Positions 30,130 to 40,700 of a stretch of DNA of 41,864 nucleotides are shown here, piece after piece (within the stretch, counting starts at the first letter, position 1; every line of letters starts with the position of its first letter). The DNA is from Candidatus Krumholzibacteriota bacterium (GTDB taxonomy: Bacteria; Krumholzibacteriota; Krumholzibacteriia; LZORAL124-64-63). The DNA is taken from contig JBDLKA010000023.1 of NCBI GenBank assembly GCA_039714075.1, positions 1 to 41,864 of the forward strand, in the 5' to 3' direction. The notes under the pieces are model-generated. The model made no database searches. It saw only the letters and a program-made list of their open reading frames with translations, and was not told the DNA's origin. Made by a program: the position numbers and the translations under genes.

Positions 30130-33100
30130 CTACCGCAGCAGCAGCATCTTCATGGCCTCGTCCCCGTCGGGCAGGACCAGGCGGTAGAAGTAGACGCCCG
30201 AAGGCATGTCCACGCCGCGGTTGTCGCGTCCGTACCAGGTGACTTCGCGGGCTCCGCCGTCGACGAAACCGTCGATCAGGGTCCGCACCAGGCGGCCGCG
30301 GGCGTCGAACACCTCGAGCTTCACCTCGCCGCCGCCTTCAGGCATCACGTAGTGGATGACCGTCGAGGGGTTGAAGGGGTTGGGGATGTTGCCCCGCAGC
30401 CCGGTCTTCAGCGGTACGTCGTCGGGCACCGGGGTGACGAAGTCCTCGAACAGCGCGAAGGCCAGATCGATGGACAAGCCGGCCAACTGGTGACCGGGAG
30501 GATAGACCAGCTCGTTCCAGGGTCCCGGCCAGCCTTCGCTGCCCCAGGCCCAGACCGCGTCGTCGTTCCAGTGGTCGACGCTTGTCTTCCAACCGAACTC
30601 GGCGATGTCGTCCATGGGTTCGGCCTGGACATCGAGCCAGTAGACCACCGGATCGAGTTCGGTTCCTTCCTGGATGAAGGCAAAGTGCGGATCCACATGG
30701 AACTTGTAGAGCCAGCAGGTCCAGTCCGCGGGGAAGAAGTAGTCTCCCGGCGGGTACATGAAACCTTCCTCGATCTGTTCGGCGAACGGCTCCACCACGT
30801 ATTCACCGGGGTGCCAGTCCCACAGCCACAGAACCTCGCCCGGCATGCTGTAGCCGGTCGGGCTCACATCGGCGGGGATGTCCGCGTGCATGCTCAGGGT
30901 GAACCTGACCTGTCCGGGATCGTCGAACGGCAGGACATCATTGAACCACGAACCCCAGACGTGGATGTCGGTCACCGGGCCGGTCGTGGTGCAGAGGAAG
31001 TCGTCGGCCAACAGGAACCCGTCCGGCAGGTAGGTCTTCTTGTAGGCGGCGACATCGATGCCCTGGGTGCTGAGGTCGGGATTCTGGATCCACTTGAAGG
31101 TGTACCTGTCTTCCAGGAAGACCTCGTAATCCTCCACCTCGCCGTCGGGGATCGTGCCGTCAGGATACACGCCGTCGTACGCCAGACCGCCGTTGGTGCT
31201 GGCCCGGAAGCGGGCCGTGGTGTTGGTGTTTTCGGCAATGGATCCGGGTACGTTGAACGTCAGGTTGGTCAAGCCGGCGTTGAGCGGCAGGGAGACGAAG
31301 ATCTGCTCGCCCGGGTCGGCGAAGCTGCCGTTGCCGTTGAAGTCGATCCAGGCGTCGATATGACCCGGTTGCGTGGCGACAATATCGACCGTGGCCGGCT
31401 GGGCGGGTTGGATGGGTGACGTGAAGGTCACACCGTCCTCGTCGTCGTTGCCGTCCAGGTCGTCACCCATGGCATTGGCCGTCGGCTGGCCGTCGGGATC
31501 GGCGTCGATCAGGGTGCCGAGGTAAAACGGACTGAGCTGGTGACGCGGACCGTTGCTGGCCAGCAGGGTCGGGTAGGAAGGATCACTGGCGTCACCCCAA
31601 TCCAGTTCCAGCGGCGCGGGTTCGCTGACCAGACCGAAGGCCAGGTCGATGGATTCCGGCATCATGGGATGGCCCGGCGGATACCGCAGCTCCCACCAGG
31701 GACCCGGATGGGGTTCCACGCCGATACCCCAGACCGCGTCGTCGTTCCAGTGGTCCAGCGAGGTTTTCCAGCCGAACAGCGGGCCGGTGTCGTCAAGAGG
31801 TGTGGCTTCCAGGTCCAACCAGTACACCACCGGGTTGGCCGGGGTCCCTTCCTGGAGGAAGGCCAGGGCCGCATCGATGTAGAAGCGGTATTGCCAGCAG
31901 ATCGTGTCGGCCGGCGGCGGGATGTAATGTTCGGGCGGATCCATCCAGCCTTCTTCGATGCCTTCGGCGTAGGGCCGCACATCGAAGGTGCCGGGCTGGA
32001 ATTCCATGAGCCACAGCAGTTCGCCGGGGATGCTGTAGCCGTCGGGATTCTGCTCCGCGGGAATGTCCGCATGGATACTCAGGTTGAAGTTGACCAGGCC
32101 GGGGTCGCCCCCGGGCAACAGGTCGTGCAGCCAGGAACCGAAGACATGGATCTCGATGAGCCGTCCGCGTTCCGTGCACAGGAAGTCGTCGGCCAGGATG
32201 TGGTCCTCGGGGACATGGGAAGCGTTCACATCGATGCCGGTCGGGTCCAGATCCGGTTTCTGGAACCATTTGTAGCCGACCTCTTCCTCGATGACGAATT
32301 CGTGGTCTTCGACCTCGCCGTCGGGAGCCGGGCCGGCATATGTCAGCCCGCCGGCGGAACTCAGGCGGAAGCGTCCGATCGTCGCAACCCCGCCGGGGGT
32401 GCCCGCGGGCACCATGAAGGTCAGGGGGTTCAGGCCGGCGTTGAGAGCCTGGGAGGCGAAGATCTGCTCTCCGGCACCGACGAAGTTGCCGCTGCCGTCG
32501 AAATCGATCCAGGCGTCCAGCAGGCCGGGCTGCGAAGCGGTCACCCCGAGATGGGCCAGCTGGCCTGAAATCATGGGCGACATCAGGATGACCCCGTCCT
32601 CGTCGGGCTGGTTGTTGAAATCATCGCCCAGGGCCTGGGGATGCGGAAGGCCGTCAGGCTCGGCGTCGATCAAAGCCCCCAGGAACAGGGGTGAGATGAC
32701 GTGGTGCGGACCGCTGGTGGCCAGCAGGGTCCGGTAGGTGTCCGGTGCGTCGCCGAAGTCGAGGTCCTCGACCACGGGAACCCCGTTGAGCACGAAGGCC
32801 AGGTCGATGGACTGGCCCCCGAACTGGTGGCCGGGCGGGTAGATCAACTCTTCCCAGGGTCCCAGGTAGGGTTCGGCGCCCCGGCCCCAGACCGCGTCGT
32901 CGTTCCAGTGGTCGAGCGAAGTTTTCCAGCCGAACAGGCTGGCCCCGTCCTCGGGAACGGCCTTCACGTCCAGCCAGTAGACAATAGGCGCACCGGGGGC
33001 GCCTTCCTGGAGAAAGGCTTCCTCTTCGGGAATGTGGAAGTTGTACTGCCAGCAGGTGAAGTCGGCGGGGAAGGTGTATTCGTCGGGCGGATTCATCCAG

Positions 33101-33513
33101 CCCTCTTCGATATGCTCCATGTAGGGGCGGACCATGAAGTCGTGGGCCTGGAAATCCCGGATCCACAGGACCTCGCCGGGCATGCTGAAGCCCGTGGGGC
33201 TCTGGTCGGCGGGGATGTCCGCGTGGATGCTGAGGGTGAACATGACCTGGCCCGGATCGCCCGCCGGCGTGGAGTCGTCCAGCCAGGATCCGAACAGGTG
33301 GATCTCGGTCAGATAACCCTGTTCGGTGCACTCGAAGTCGTCGGCCAGGATGAATTCGTCGGGCCAGGGCGAGGCGTTTATATCGATACCCGTGATGTCC
33401 AGGTCGGGCAGCTGGATCCACTTGGCGGGCATGCCGGGATCCCAGTCTCCGAGTACAGAAGAAACCGGCAGCAGGAGCATGCCGGCCATCAACCAAAGTA
33501 ACCGTTTTCGCAT
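30130..33513 (-). CDS. Large secreted repeat protein: three copies of an uncharacterised ~230-aa domain alternating with two GEVED domains, plus a C-terminal FlgD-Ig-like domain
   Basis: ATG at 33513 after GGGAGG; signal peptide; three copies of KW.Q.PDL...LADDF.CT...FGWKTS.DHWNDDAVW; two GEVED motifs; NIPNPFNPST...SGVYFYRL tail. Confidence 0.9.
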   Translation of the reverse strand: MRKRLLWLMAGMLLLPVSSVLGDWDPGMPAKWIQLPDLDITGIDINASPWPDEFILADDFECTEQGYLTEIHLFGSWLDDSTPAGDPGQVMFTLSIHADIPADQSPTGFSMPGEVLWIRDFQAHDFMVRPYMEHIEEGWMNPPDEYTFPADFTCWQYNFHIPEEEAFLQEGAPGAPIVYWLDVKAVPEDGASLFGWKTSLDHWNDDAVWGRGAEPYLGPWEELIYPPGHQFGGQSIDLAFVLNGVPVVEDLDFGDAPDTYRTLLATSGPHHVISPLFLGALIDAEPDGLPHPQALGDDFNNQPDEDGVILMSPMISGQLAHLGVTASQPGLLDAWIDFDGSGNFVGAGEQIFASQALNAGLNPLTFMVPAGTPGGVATIGRFRLSSAGGLTYAGPAPDGEVEDHEFVIEEEVGYKWFQKPDLDPTGIDVNASHVPEDHILADDFLCTERGRLIEIHVFGSWLHDLLPGGDPGLVNFNLSIHADIPAEQNPDGYSIPGELLWLMEFQPGTFDVRPYAEGIEEGWMDPPEHYIPPPADTICWQYRFYIDAALAFLQEGTPANPVVYWLDLEATPLDDTGPLFGWKTSLDHWNDDAVWGIGVEPHPGPWWELRYPPGHPMMPESIDLAFGLVSEPAPLELDWGDASDPSYPTLLASNGPRHQLSPFYLGTLIDADPDGQPTANAMGDDLDGNDDEDGVTFTSPIQPAQPATVDIVATQPGHIDAWIDFNGNGSFADPGEQIFVSLPLNAGLTNLTFNVPGSIAENTNTTARFRASTNGGLAYDGVYPDGTIPDGEVEDYEVFLEDRYTFKWIQNPDLSTQGIDVAAYKKTYLPDGFLLADDFLCTTTGPVTDIHVWGSWFNDVLPFDDPGQVRFTLSMHADIPADVSPTGYSMPGEVLWLWDWHPGEYVVEPFAEQIEEGFMYPPGDYFFPADWTCWLYKFHVDPHFAFIQEGTELDPVVYWLDVQAEPMDDIAEFGWKTSVDHWNDDAVWAWGSEGWPGPWNELVYPPGHQLAGLSIDLAFALFEDFVTPVPDDVPLKTGLRGNIPNPFNPSTVIHYVMPEGGGEVKLEVFDARGRLVRTLIDGFVDGGAREVTWYGRDNRGVDMPSGVYFYRLVLPDGDEAMKMLLLR
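30549..32913. repeat. Intragenic triplication marked by an identical 28-mer at 30549, 31728 and 32886
   Basis: CCCAGACCGCGTCGTCGTTCCAGTGGTC occurs three times, 1179 and 1158 nt apart. Confidence 0.85.
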
Positions 33514-33847
33514 GGGTGAGACCTCCCGTGATCGTGGGTGGACAAGCTCCCGGCACGGGCCCGGACGGACCCGAAAACGGGACTTGGGGACTGGAAAAAC
33601 CCCTGTTGCCAGGGGCCAACAGCTCGTTCCAGAGGGAACGCGCCGGCGTTCCACGATCACGGTGGGGATGTCGATGGCGGAGTTGATTTCCCGGTGGGAA
33701 AAGTGCAACAGCGGCAGGAAACCCCCCGGTCCATGCTAGTGTCAAACCGGGGTGGTGGCAACTCGGGCCGAGGGGTCAATCAGGATCAGGACTATCATAC
33801 TAAAGGTTTGCGTTATTTGAAGATACAAGGAATATCATATCTCCCAG

Positions 33848-35998
33848 TTACTTCCGCCATCCTCGCAGAATCTGCCCGCGCATCTGCAGGGGATCCGTCG
33901 TGGGAGCCTGGCAGATTCCGAACTCGCAGACGTACGCCGTCGGAACTCCTTCCGGCGCATTTTTCCCTTCCAGGGCGGGTGCCAGGGCTAGCAGATCCTT
34001 TCCCGCGCCGGCGGCCGGGATCAGGCTCACCACCGCGCCGGCCGGCAGATGCTGCAAAGCGGCGCGGGACAGCGCGCCGGTACGGGCATCGCCGGGATCC
34101 CCGGCGATCACCACGTCGTGGTAGGGACCGTTGACGCGGGCGGCGGCATCGAACCACCAGGCCATTTCCAGCCCGGCCCGGTCCAGCAGGTCGGACCAGT
34201 GGGCCAGATCGTCCTTCACCTCGGTCAGGTACTTTGTTTCACCGGTCAGCGCGCCCAGCTTGATCATGGCCGTGAACATGACCGCCATGCCCGAGGGGAT
34301 GACGCTGTCGAAATAATCGACGCGCCGTCCGAGGGGAGAATCGACCCGGGAGCTGGCCATGTAGAAACCGCCCTCTTCCCGCCCGAATTCCGTGCGGGCG
34401 TGGTCGATCAGTTCCCGGGCGGCCTTCAGATATTCCACTTCGCCGGATACCTGGTAGATCTCCAGCAGACCGTCGGCGAAAAAGGCATAGTCGTCGAGGA
34501 TTCCCTCACCGGATGTGCGCCCTTCACTGGAGGAGCGCCGGAGCGAACCGTCGTCGTTGCGGTGTTCGTTCAGCAGGAAATCGGCGGCTTTCCGGGCGCC
34601 GTCCAGATATTTCCTGTCGGCGGTGACGGCGTAGGCCTGGGCCAATGAAGCGATGGCCAAACCGTTCCACGAGGTGACAATTTTCCTGTCCAGACCGGGC
34701 GGAGTGCGTTTGGAACGGACCTCGCGCAGGGTGTTCCGATGCCGGTCGAACAGCCCGTCGGTATCCGGATTCGTGCGCCGGGTCAGGACGCTGCTGCCGG
34801 AGTGTTCGAAGTTCCCCTGCTCGGAAATTCCCAGCACGTCGGCCAGGGCGGGGCCGTCGTCCCGGCCCACCGCCGCGGTGATATCGTCCCGCGACCAGAT
34901 ATAGTAGGTGCCCTCTTCGCCGCCGCTGTCGGCATCAAAGCTGGCATAGATGCCGCCTTCTTTTCCGCGCATGTCGCGCAGCAGGAAATCACACACATCC
35001 AGGCCGGTGGCCGTGAAGTCGGGGCGTTCGAAAACCACGCCGGCCTCGAGAAACAGGCCCGCCAGTTGGCCGTTGTCGTACAGCATTTTTTCGAAGTGGG
35101 GGACCGTCCAATCCGGGTCCACGGTGTAGCGATGGAAGCCGCCGCCCACGTGGTCGTAGATGCCGCCGCCCTGCATGGCTTCCAGGGTGGCGACGATCAT
35201 TTCCGCCAGGTCCTCGTCACCCCTGCGGCGGTACTCGTGCAGCAAAAAGCGCCATTTGACCGGAGTGGGAAATTTCTGGGACTGGTTGAAGCCGGCGTTG
35301 ACCGGATCGTAGCTTTCCTTGCCCTTGGCCACCGCCGCGGCCAATCCCTTGTCGTCCGGAATCCCGCCACCGGCCGTCCCAATAGCCGAAGAGCTTTCGA
35401 TCCTGGCCGCTATCTGCCGGGACTGGTTCTCCAGATCATCCCGTTTTTCCTGATAGACGGCCACGATCTGCTCGGTAAGCTTCATGAAGTGATCCTTGGG
35501 GAAATAGGTGCCCCCGTGGAACGGTTTCAGGTCCGGCGTCAGGAACACGGACATGGGCCAGCCGCCGCGACCGGTGATCATCTGCACCGCCTCCATGTAG
35601 ACGCTGTCCAGGTCGGGACGCTCCTCGCGGTCGACCTTGATGCAGACGAAGTGCTCGTTCATGAACTCGGCCACGTCGATCTGCTCGAAGACCTCGTGCT
35701 CCATGACGTGGCACCAGTGGCACGACGAGTACCCGATCGACAGGAAAATGGGCTTGTCCTCGGCACGCGCTTTGGCCAGCGCTTCTTCGCCCCAGGGATA
35801 CCAGTCCAAAGGATTGTGGGCGTGCTGCTGCAGGTAGACCGAGGGTTCGTTTTTCAGGTGGTTCCCGTCGCGCATGATTTCCTGCGGGGTGCGGGGGCCT
35901 GTGGGTGCGGGGTCCTTGCCGTTGGATTCTTGCATGGGACATCCTGTCAGGGTGGAGGTCAGCAGGGTCAGGGCGATCAGCCGGAAAGTCTTGTGCAT
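33848..35998 (-). CDS. Thioredoxin-domain protein of the YyaL/SSP411 (DUF255) family with an N-terminal lipoprotein-like signal
   Basis: [68 protein letters not shown]. Start MHKTFR at 35998. Confidence 0.93.
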   Translation of the reverse strand: MHKTFRLIALTLLTSTLTGCPMQESNGKDPAPTGPRTPQEIMRDGNHLKNEPSVYLQQHAHNPLDWYPWGEEALAKARAEDKPIFLSIGYSSCHWCHVMEHEVFEQIDVAEFMNEHFVCIKVDREERPDLDSVYMEAVQMITGRGGWPMSVFLTPDLKPFHGGTYFPKDHFMKLTEQIVAVYQEKRDDLENQSRQIAARIESSSAIGTAGGGIPDDKGLAAAVAKGKESYDPVNAGFNQSQKFPTPVKWRFLLHEYRRRGDEDLAEMIVATLEAMQGGGIYDHVGGGFHRYTVDPDWTVPHFEKMLYDNGQLAGLFLEAGVVFERPDFTATGLDVCDFLLRDMRGKEGGIYASFDADSGGEEGTYYIWSRDDITAAVGRDDGPALADVLGISEQGNFEHSGSSVLTRRTNPDTDGLFDRHRNTLREVRSKRTPPGLDRKIVTSWNGLAIASLAQAYAVTADRKYLDGARKAADFLLNEHRNDDGSLRRSSSEGRTSGEGILDDYAFFADGLLEIYQVSGEVEYLKAARELIDHARTEFGREEGGFYMASSRVDSPLGRRVDYFDSVIPSGMAVMFTAMIKLGALTGETKYLTEVKDDLAHWSDLLDRAGLEMAWWFDAAARVNGPYHDVVIAGDPGDARTGALSRAALQHLPAGAVVSLIPAAGAGKDLLALAPALEGKNAPEGVPTAYVCEFGICQAPTTDPLQMRGQILRGWRK

Positions 35999-36235
35999 TT
36001 TTTGCCTTGGGTGCCAAGTGGAGGACCGGGTCAGCCGGTTCGAGATATATGTCCGGTCATGGTAGGAAAAATTCCAGGGGACGCCACGGACCCTTGAATC
36101 CGTTATGGGAGGATCTGCAAAATGGTGATGGTGGAGATTCTTGCGGTCGCCATTCATTTGTTCGGGTCCGCGATCGGTTGGGTCACTTTGCTGCGGCCGG
36201 AAAGTTAACTTATTTGTTTTCACCATATTGGCTAC

Positions 36236-36261
36236 AAAAAGTGTCCCCGGGGACACTTTTT
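36236..36261. repeat. Perfect 26-bp palindrome with no spacer
   Basis: AAAAAGTGTCCCC|GGGGACACTTTTT. Confidence 0.8.
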
Positions 36262-36539
36262 TGAGGTAATTTGTTTGTTTTTAATGGGTTAAAAATTGGC
36301 AAGCGGTCTTTTTGGTGTTTTGACAACATATTTATTGTCACGAATACCCCCCGGGGGGCGTTTTCGCGGGGATATTCAATATCCACACGTGCCAACCCGC
36401 CAACGGTGATCAATATTTTGTTGGAGGTCCTGGAACAGGGGACTGAAGGGCATTCCCCAAAACCCATTTGCGAAACACCCACCAAACAGATAAATTTGGT
36501 CCGGTTTTAGTAAATCACCTTTGAAAGGTCGGATTTGCC

Positions 36540-36878
36540 ATGGTTACTCTCACCGAAAACGCGGCCAAGGAAATCAAGCGCCGGCTGGCTGCCGTCAGTG
36601 GCGCCGAAACCAGCGTGGGCATCGGGATCGAAGCCGGCGGCTGTTCGGGTACCAAATACGTGATCACGCCGGGCGCCGCCAGACAGAAGAATGATGTGGC
36701 GAACTCCCAGTTCGGCCTGACGGTATTCTGCGACCCTATTTCGCTGACCTCCATCGAGGGTTTGCAGGTGGATTTCGTGGACGCCCTCGTGGGCGGCGGC
36801 TTTCGGTTCGAAAATCCCAAGGCTGTAAGTTCTTGTGGCTGTGGAGCCTCCTTTAAAACGGCGCTGGAACTTGGATAA
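36540..36878 (+). CDS. HesB/IscA family A-type Fe-S carrier protein
   Basis: VTLTENAAKEI, GGCSG, F.FENP.A.SSCGCGASF; all three cysteines present. Confidence 0.92.
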   Translation: MVTLTENAAKEIKRRLAAVSGAETSVGIGIEAGGCSGTKYVITPGAARQKNDVANSQFGLTVFCDPISLTSIEGLQVDFVDALVGGGFRFENPKAVSSCGCGASFKTALELG

Positions 36879-36903
36879 TATGCCTAAAAGGTCCTGTTTT
36901 TCA

Positions 36904-36932
36904 TTGAAATGACTTCGGCGGGAACGTAGAAT
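36904..36932 (+). promoter_or_regulatory. sigma70 promoter of the act operon
   Basis: TTGAAA, 17 nt, TAGAAT. Confidence 0.65.
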
Positions 36933-37034
36933 CGCCCACCGAAAGCACACAGATAAAGTCAAACTCCTCTCCGGCGGCCTGGGCCGCCTGGTGCGGTGGA
37001 TCATCTTTCCTTGCGGATGAAGGGGGAGAGTCGG

Positions 37035-37724
37035 TTGACTCCGAATACTCAAGGCCAAACTCCGGGCACGACCACCGACAAATTTGTCTTCCCGAAATGG
37101 ACCAACTGGTTGCGTGAGGCTTCGGCCGTGCTTGCGGTCGGTGGACTGGTCTACGCCACGGTGCTGATCACCGTGGTGTTCTCGCCGGAGATGTCGGCCA
37201 TCGGCTACGCCCCCGAGCAGCCGGTCGCCTACAGCCACGCGGTGCACGCGGGCGATCTGGGCATCGATTGCCGCTACTGTCACACCAGCGTGGAAACCAC
37301 GGCCAAGGCCAACATCCCGCCCACGGCCACGTGCATGAACTGCCACGCCACCATCAAGGCCGAGAGCGAAAAGCTGGCGCTGGTGCGCAAGAGCGCCGAG
37401 ACCGGCGAGCCTATCCAGTGGGTGCGGGTGCACGATCTACCCGATTACGCCTATTTCAACCACGCGGGGCACGTCCAGTCCGGCGTGGGCTGCGTCAGCT
37501 GCCACGGCCGCGTCGACCGCATGGAGGTCGTCGAACAGGTCGAGCCCCTGACCATGGGCTGGTGCCTGGAGTGCCACCGCAATCCGGACGCCAATATCAG
37601 ACCCAGGGAATTCGTGACGGACATGGCCTGGGTCGCCGACGGGGATCCCGCGGTGATCGGGGCCGGGTTGCGGCAAGAACACGGCATCTCTCCGTCCACC
37701 AACTGCACGACCTGTCATCGGTAG
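37035..37724 (+). CDS. actA: Alternative complex III pentaheme cytochrome c subunit
   Basis: N-terminal TM, PEQPVAYSHAVHAG, five CxxCH motifs (CRYCH, CMNCH, CVSCH, CLECH, CTTCH). TTG start at 37035 after GGGGGAG preferred; start uncertain. Confidence 0.93.
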   Translation: MTPNTQGQTPGTTTDKFVFPKWTNWLREASAVLAVGGLVYATVLITVVFSPEMSAIGYAPEQPVAYSHAVHAGDLGIDCRYCHTSVETTAKANIPPTATCMNCHATIKAESEKLALVRKSAETGEPIQWVRVHDLPDYAYFNHAGHVQSGVGCVSCHGRVDRMEVVEQVEPLTMGWCLECHRNPDANIRPREFVTDMAWVADGDPAVIGAGLRQEHGISPSTNCTTCHR

Positions 37725-37736
37725 GAAAGGTTTCGC

Positions 37737-40700
37737 ATGATCCGGAAGTCCGACATGAGTTCTGATCCCGGCCAAGGGATGAACTACTGGCGCAGTCTCC
37801 AGGAGCTGGCCGACACGGATGATTACCGCCATATGGCGGAGAACGAGTTCCCCGGCGGCATCGACGCGCCCGCCGAGGGCATGACCCGGCGACGTTTCCT
37901 GCAGGTCATGTCCGCCTCGGTCGCCATGGCCACGTTGGCCGGCTGCCGCTGGCCCGAGGAAAAGATCGTTCCCTACGTTAATCGCCCCGAGGGCATGACC
38001 CCGGGCACGCCCATGCAGTTCGCCACCACCATGGAGCTCGGTCCGGTGGCCAACAGCGTGCTGGCGACCAGTTACGACGGACGTCCCATCAAGATCGACG
38101 GCAACCCGGACTTTCCCTTGAGCATGGGGGCCACGACCGCCTTCGCCCAGGCCAGCGTACTGGATGTCTACGATCCCGACCGCAGTCAGAAGGTGCTGCA
38201 CCGCAAGGGGTTGGGAGCATCAGAGACCGATTGGGCCGATTTCGACGCCTTCGCCGCGGAGCACTTCGCGGGCGACCTGAAAGGTGTGGCGATCCTGACC
38301 GGCGCCTCGACTTCGCCCTCGCGAAACGGACTGATGGTCCAGGCCGCAAAGAAGGGCGCGGGCATCTACCTGTGGGAGCCGGTCTGCCGGGTCGATGAAA
38401 TGCGCGGCGCCACCAAGGCCTTCGGCCGGGCCGCCATGACGCAGCTCGATTTTTCCCAGGCGAAGGTCATCGTCGACTTCGACGCCAACTTCATGCAGGA
38501 CCACCCGACGTCCCTGCGCAACAGCAAGCAGTTCTCCGCCGGCCGCGCGCCCGAAGACGGCCACATGAACCGGCTGTACGTCTACGAGAACACCTTCAGC
38601 ATCACCGGCGGTATGGCCGACCACCGTTTCCCGACGGCGCACGGCGACATTGCGGCCGCGGTCTGGGCTCTGGCCGCCGAACTGGTACTGGGCGAGGGTC
38701 TGCCCCTGCCCGTGGGGGCGGGGATCTACCGCGCCGACCTTAGCAAGTGGCGGGGACACGCGGCCGGTTCGGCCCACCTGGAGGCCCTGGCCAAGGATCT
38801 GATGGACAACCAGGGTCACAGTCTGCTGGTGGCCGGCATCCGCCAGGATCCCGATACGCACGCCATGCTTCACCTGTTGAACACGGCCCTGGGCAATGTG
38901 GGCCAGACCGTCAGCTACCTGCCCATCGAGGTGCCGCAGATCCGGTTCATCGACGAACTGGTAAACGATCTGAACGCCGGCAAGGTCCAGACCCTGGTCG
39001 TCCTGGACGGCAACCCGGTCTACACGGCGCCGGCGGATCTTAAATTCGCCGAGGCCATGATGAAGGCCCCGCAACGGATTCATCTCGGCCACCGCGACGA
39101 CGCCACCGGCCAAAAGAGCACCTGGCATCTGCCCTTGGCGCACTATCTGGAAAGCTGGGGCGACGCCATGGCCTGGGACATGTCCTACCTGGCCGTCCAG
39201 CCGCTGATCGCTCCCTTGTACGACGGCCGCACCGTCACCGAACTGCTGTCGGTCATGGCCGACGACGAGCCCCGCGACAGCTTCCGGATCACCCGGGACA
39301 GTTTCCACCGCATGACCCGCGGGTCGGGTTCGGCGCCGGAAAACGACCGCGCCTTCGAGAAGCGCTGGCGGACCTTCATCCACGACGGCTTCCTGAAGGG
39401 CAGCGGACAGGAAAAGGGGCGGACTCTCGGCCTGGCCGGATCTACCCTGATCGCCCCTGCGGGCGGCGGCCATTTGAGCGCCGACAATCTCGAGATCAGC
39501 TTCGTCCACGACCAGTCGGTTTTCGACGGACGCTACGCCGACAACGCCTGGCTGCAGGAAATGCCCGACTTCATGTCGAAGCTGACCTGGGACAACGCCG
39601 CCTTGTTCAGCCCCGCGACCGCGACCGAGCTCGGTTTGAAGCACGGTGATCTGGTCGAGCTGGAGTATCAGGGTCGCAAGCTGGAGATGGCCGTCTACGT
39701 GCTGCCCGGCCAGGCCAAATACACGGTGACGGTCAACCTGGGTTACGGGCGGGACGACGCCGGCCGCGTGGGCAAGGGAATGGGCTTCGATACCTATAAG
39801 TTGAGGACCTGGGACAACCTGCACGGGGGCGCGGGCCTGAAGGTCCGCAAGATGGGCGGGACCTACCTGCTGGCCACGACCCAGGATCATCACGCCATCG
39901 ATACCGCCGGCGCCGAAGAGATCCAGAAACGCGTGCCCGGCCTGGTGCGCGAAGGAACCATCGAGGATTATCAGAACGATCCCGAGTTCGTGGACCATCT
40001 CGGCGTGCACAGCCCGCCCTTGGAGTCCCTGTGGAAGGAATGGGAATACACGGGCTACAAATGGGGCATGGCCGTCGATTTGAATGCCTGCAACGGCTGC
40101 AACGCGTGTGTGATCGGTTGCCAGAGCGAGAACAACATTCCGGTCGTGGGCAAGGACGAGGTCAGCCGCGGCCGCGAGATGTCCTGGGTGCGGCTCGATC
40201 GTTATTTCCTGGGTGATCCCGAGGAACCGAAGGTCGCCCAGCAGCCCGTCGCCTGCGCCCAGTGCGAGATGGCGCCCTGCGAGCAGGTCTGTCCCGTGGC
40301 CGCCACCCTGCACACGGATGAGGGCCTGAACGCGATGGTCTACAACCGCTGCGTGGGCACCCGCTACTGCTCGAACAACTGCCCCTACAAGGTGCGGCGG
40401 TTCAACTGGTTCAACAATTACGAAGACATGACCCAGACCCAGCGTCTGGTTTTGAATCCCGACGTGACCGTGCGCGCGCGCGGCGTCATGGAAAAATGCA
40501 CCTACTGCGTGCAGCGCATCGAGACCGCGCGGGTGGATGCCCGTGTCGAGGGCCGGGACATCCGCGACGGCGACATCACGCCGGCCTGCGCGGCGACCTG
40601 TCCCACCGATGCGATCACTTTCGGGAACCTGAACGATCCGGAAAGCCGGGTCAGCAAACTGCGCGAGGCCAGCCGGTCCTACGACCTGCTGAACTACCTG

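Noticed and set aside
30549..32913. Repeats as a diversity-generating retroelement or recombination cassette
   Set aside because: All copies are in frame within one gene, and no reverse transcriptase or recombinase is in the window.
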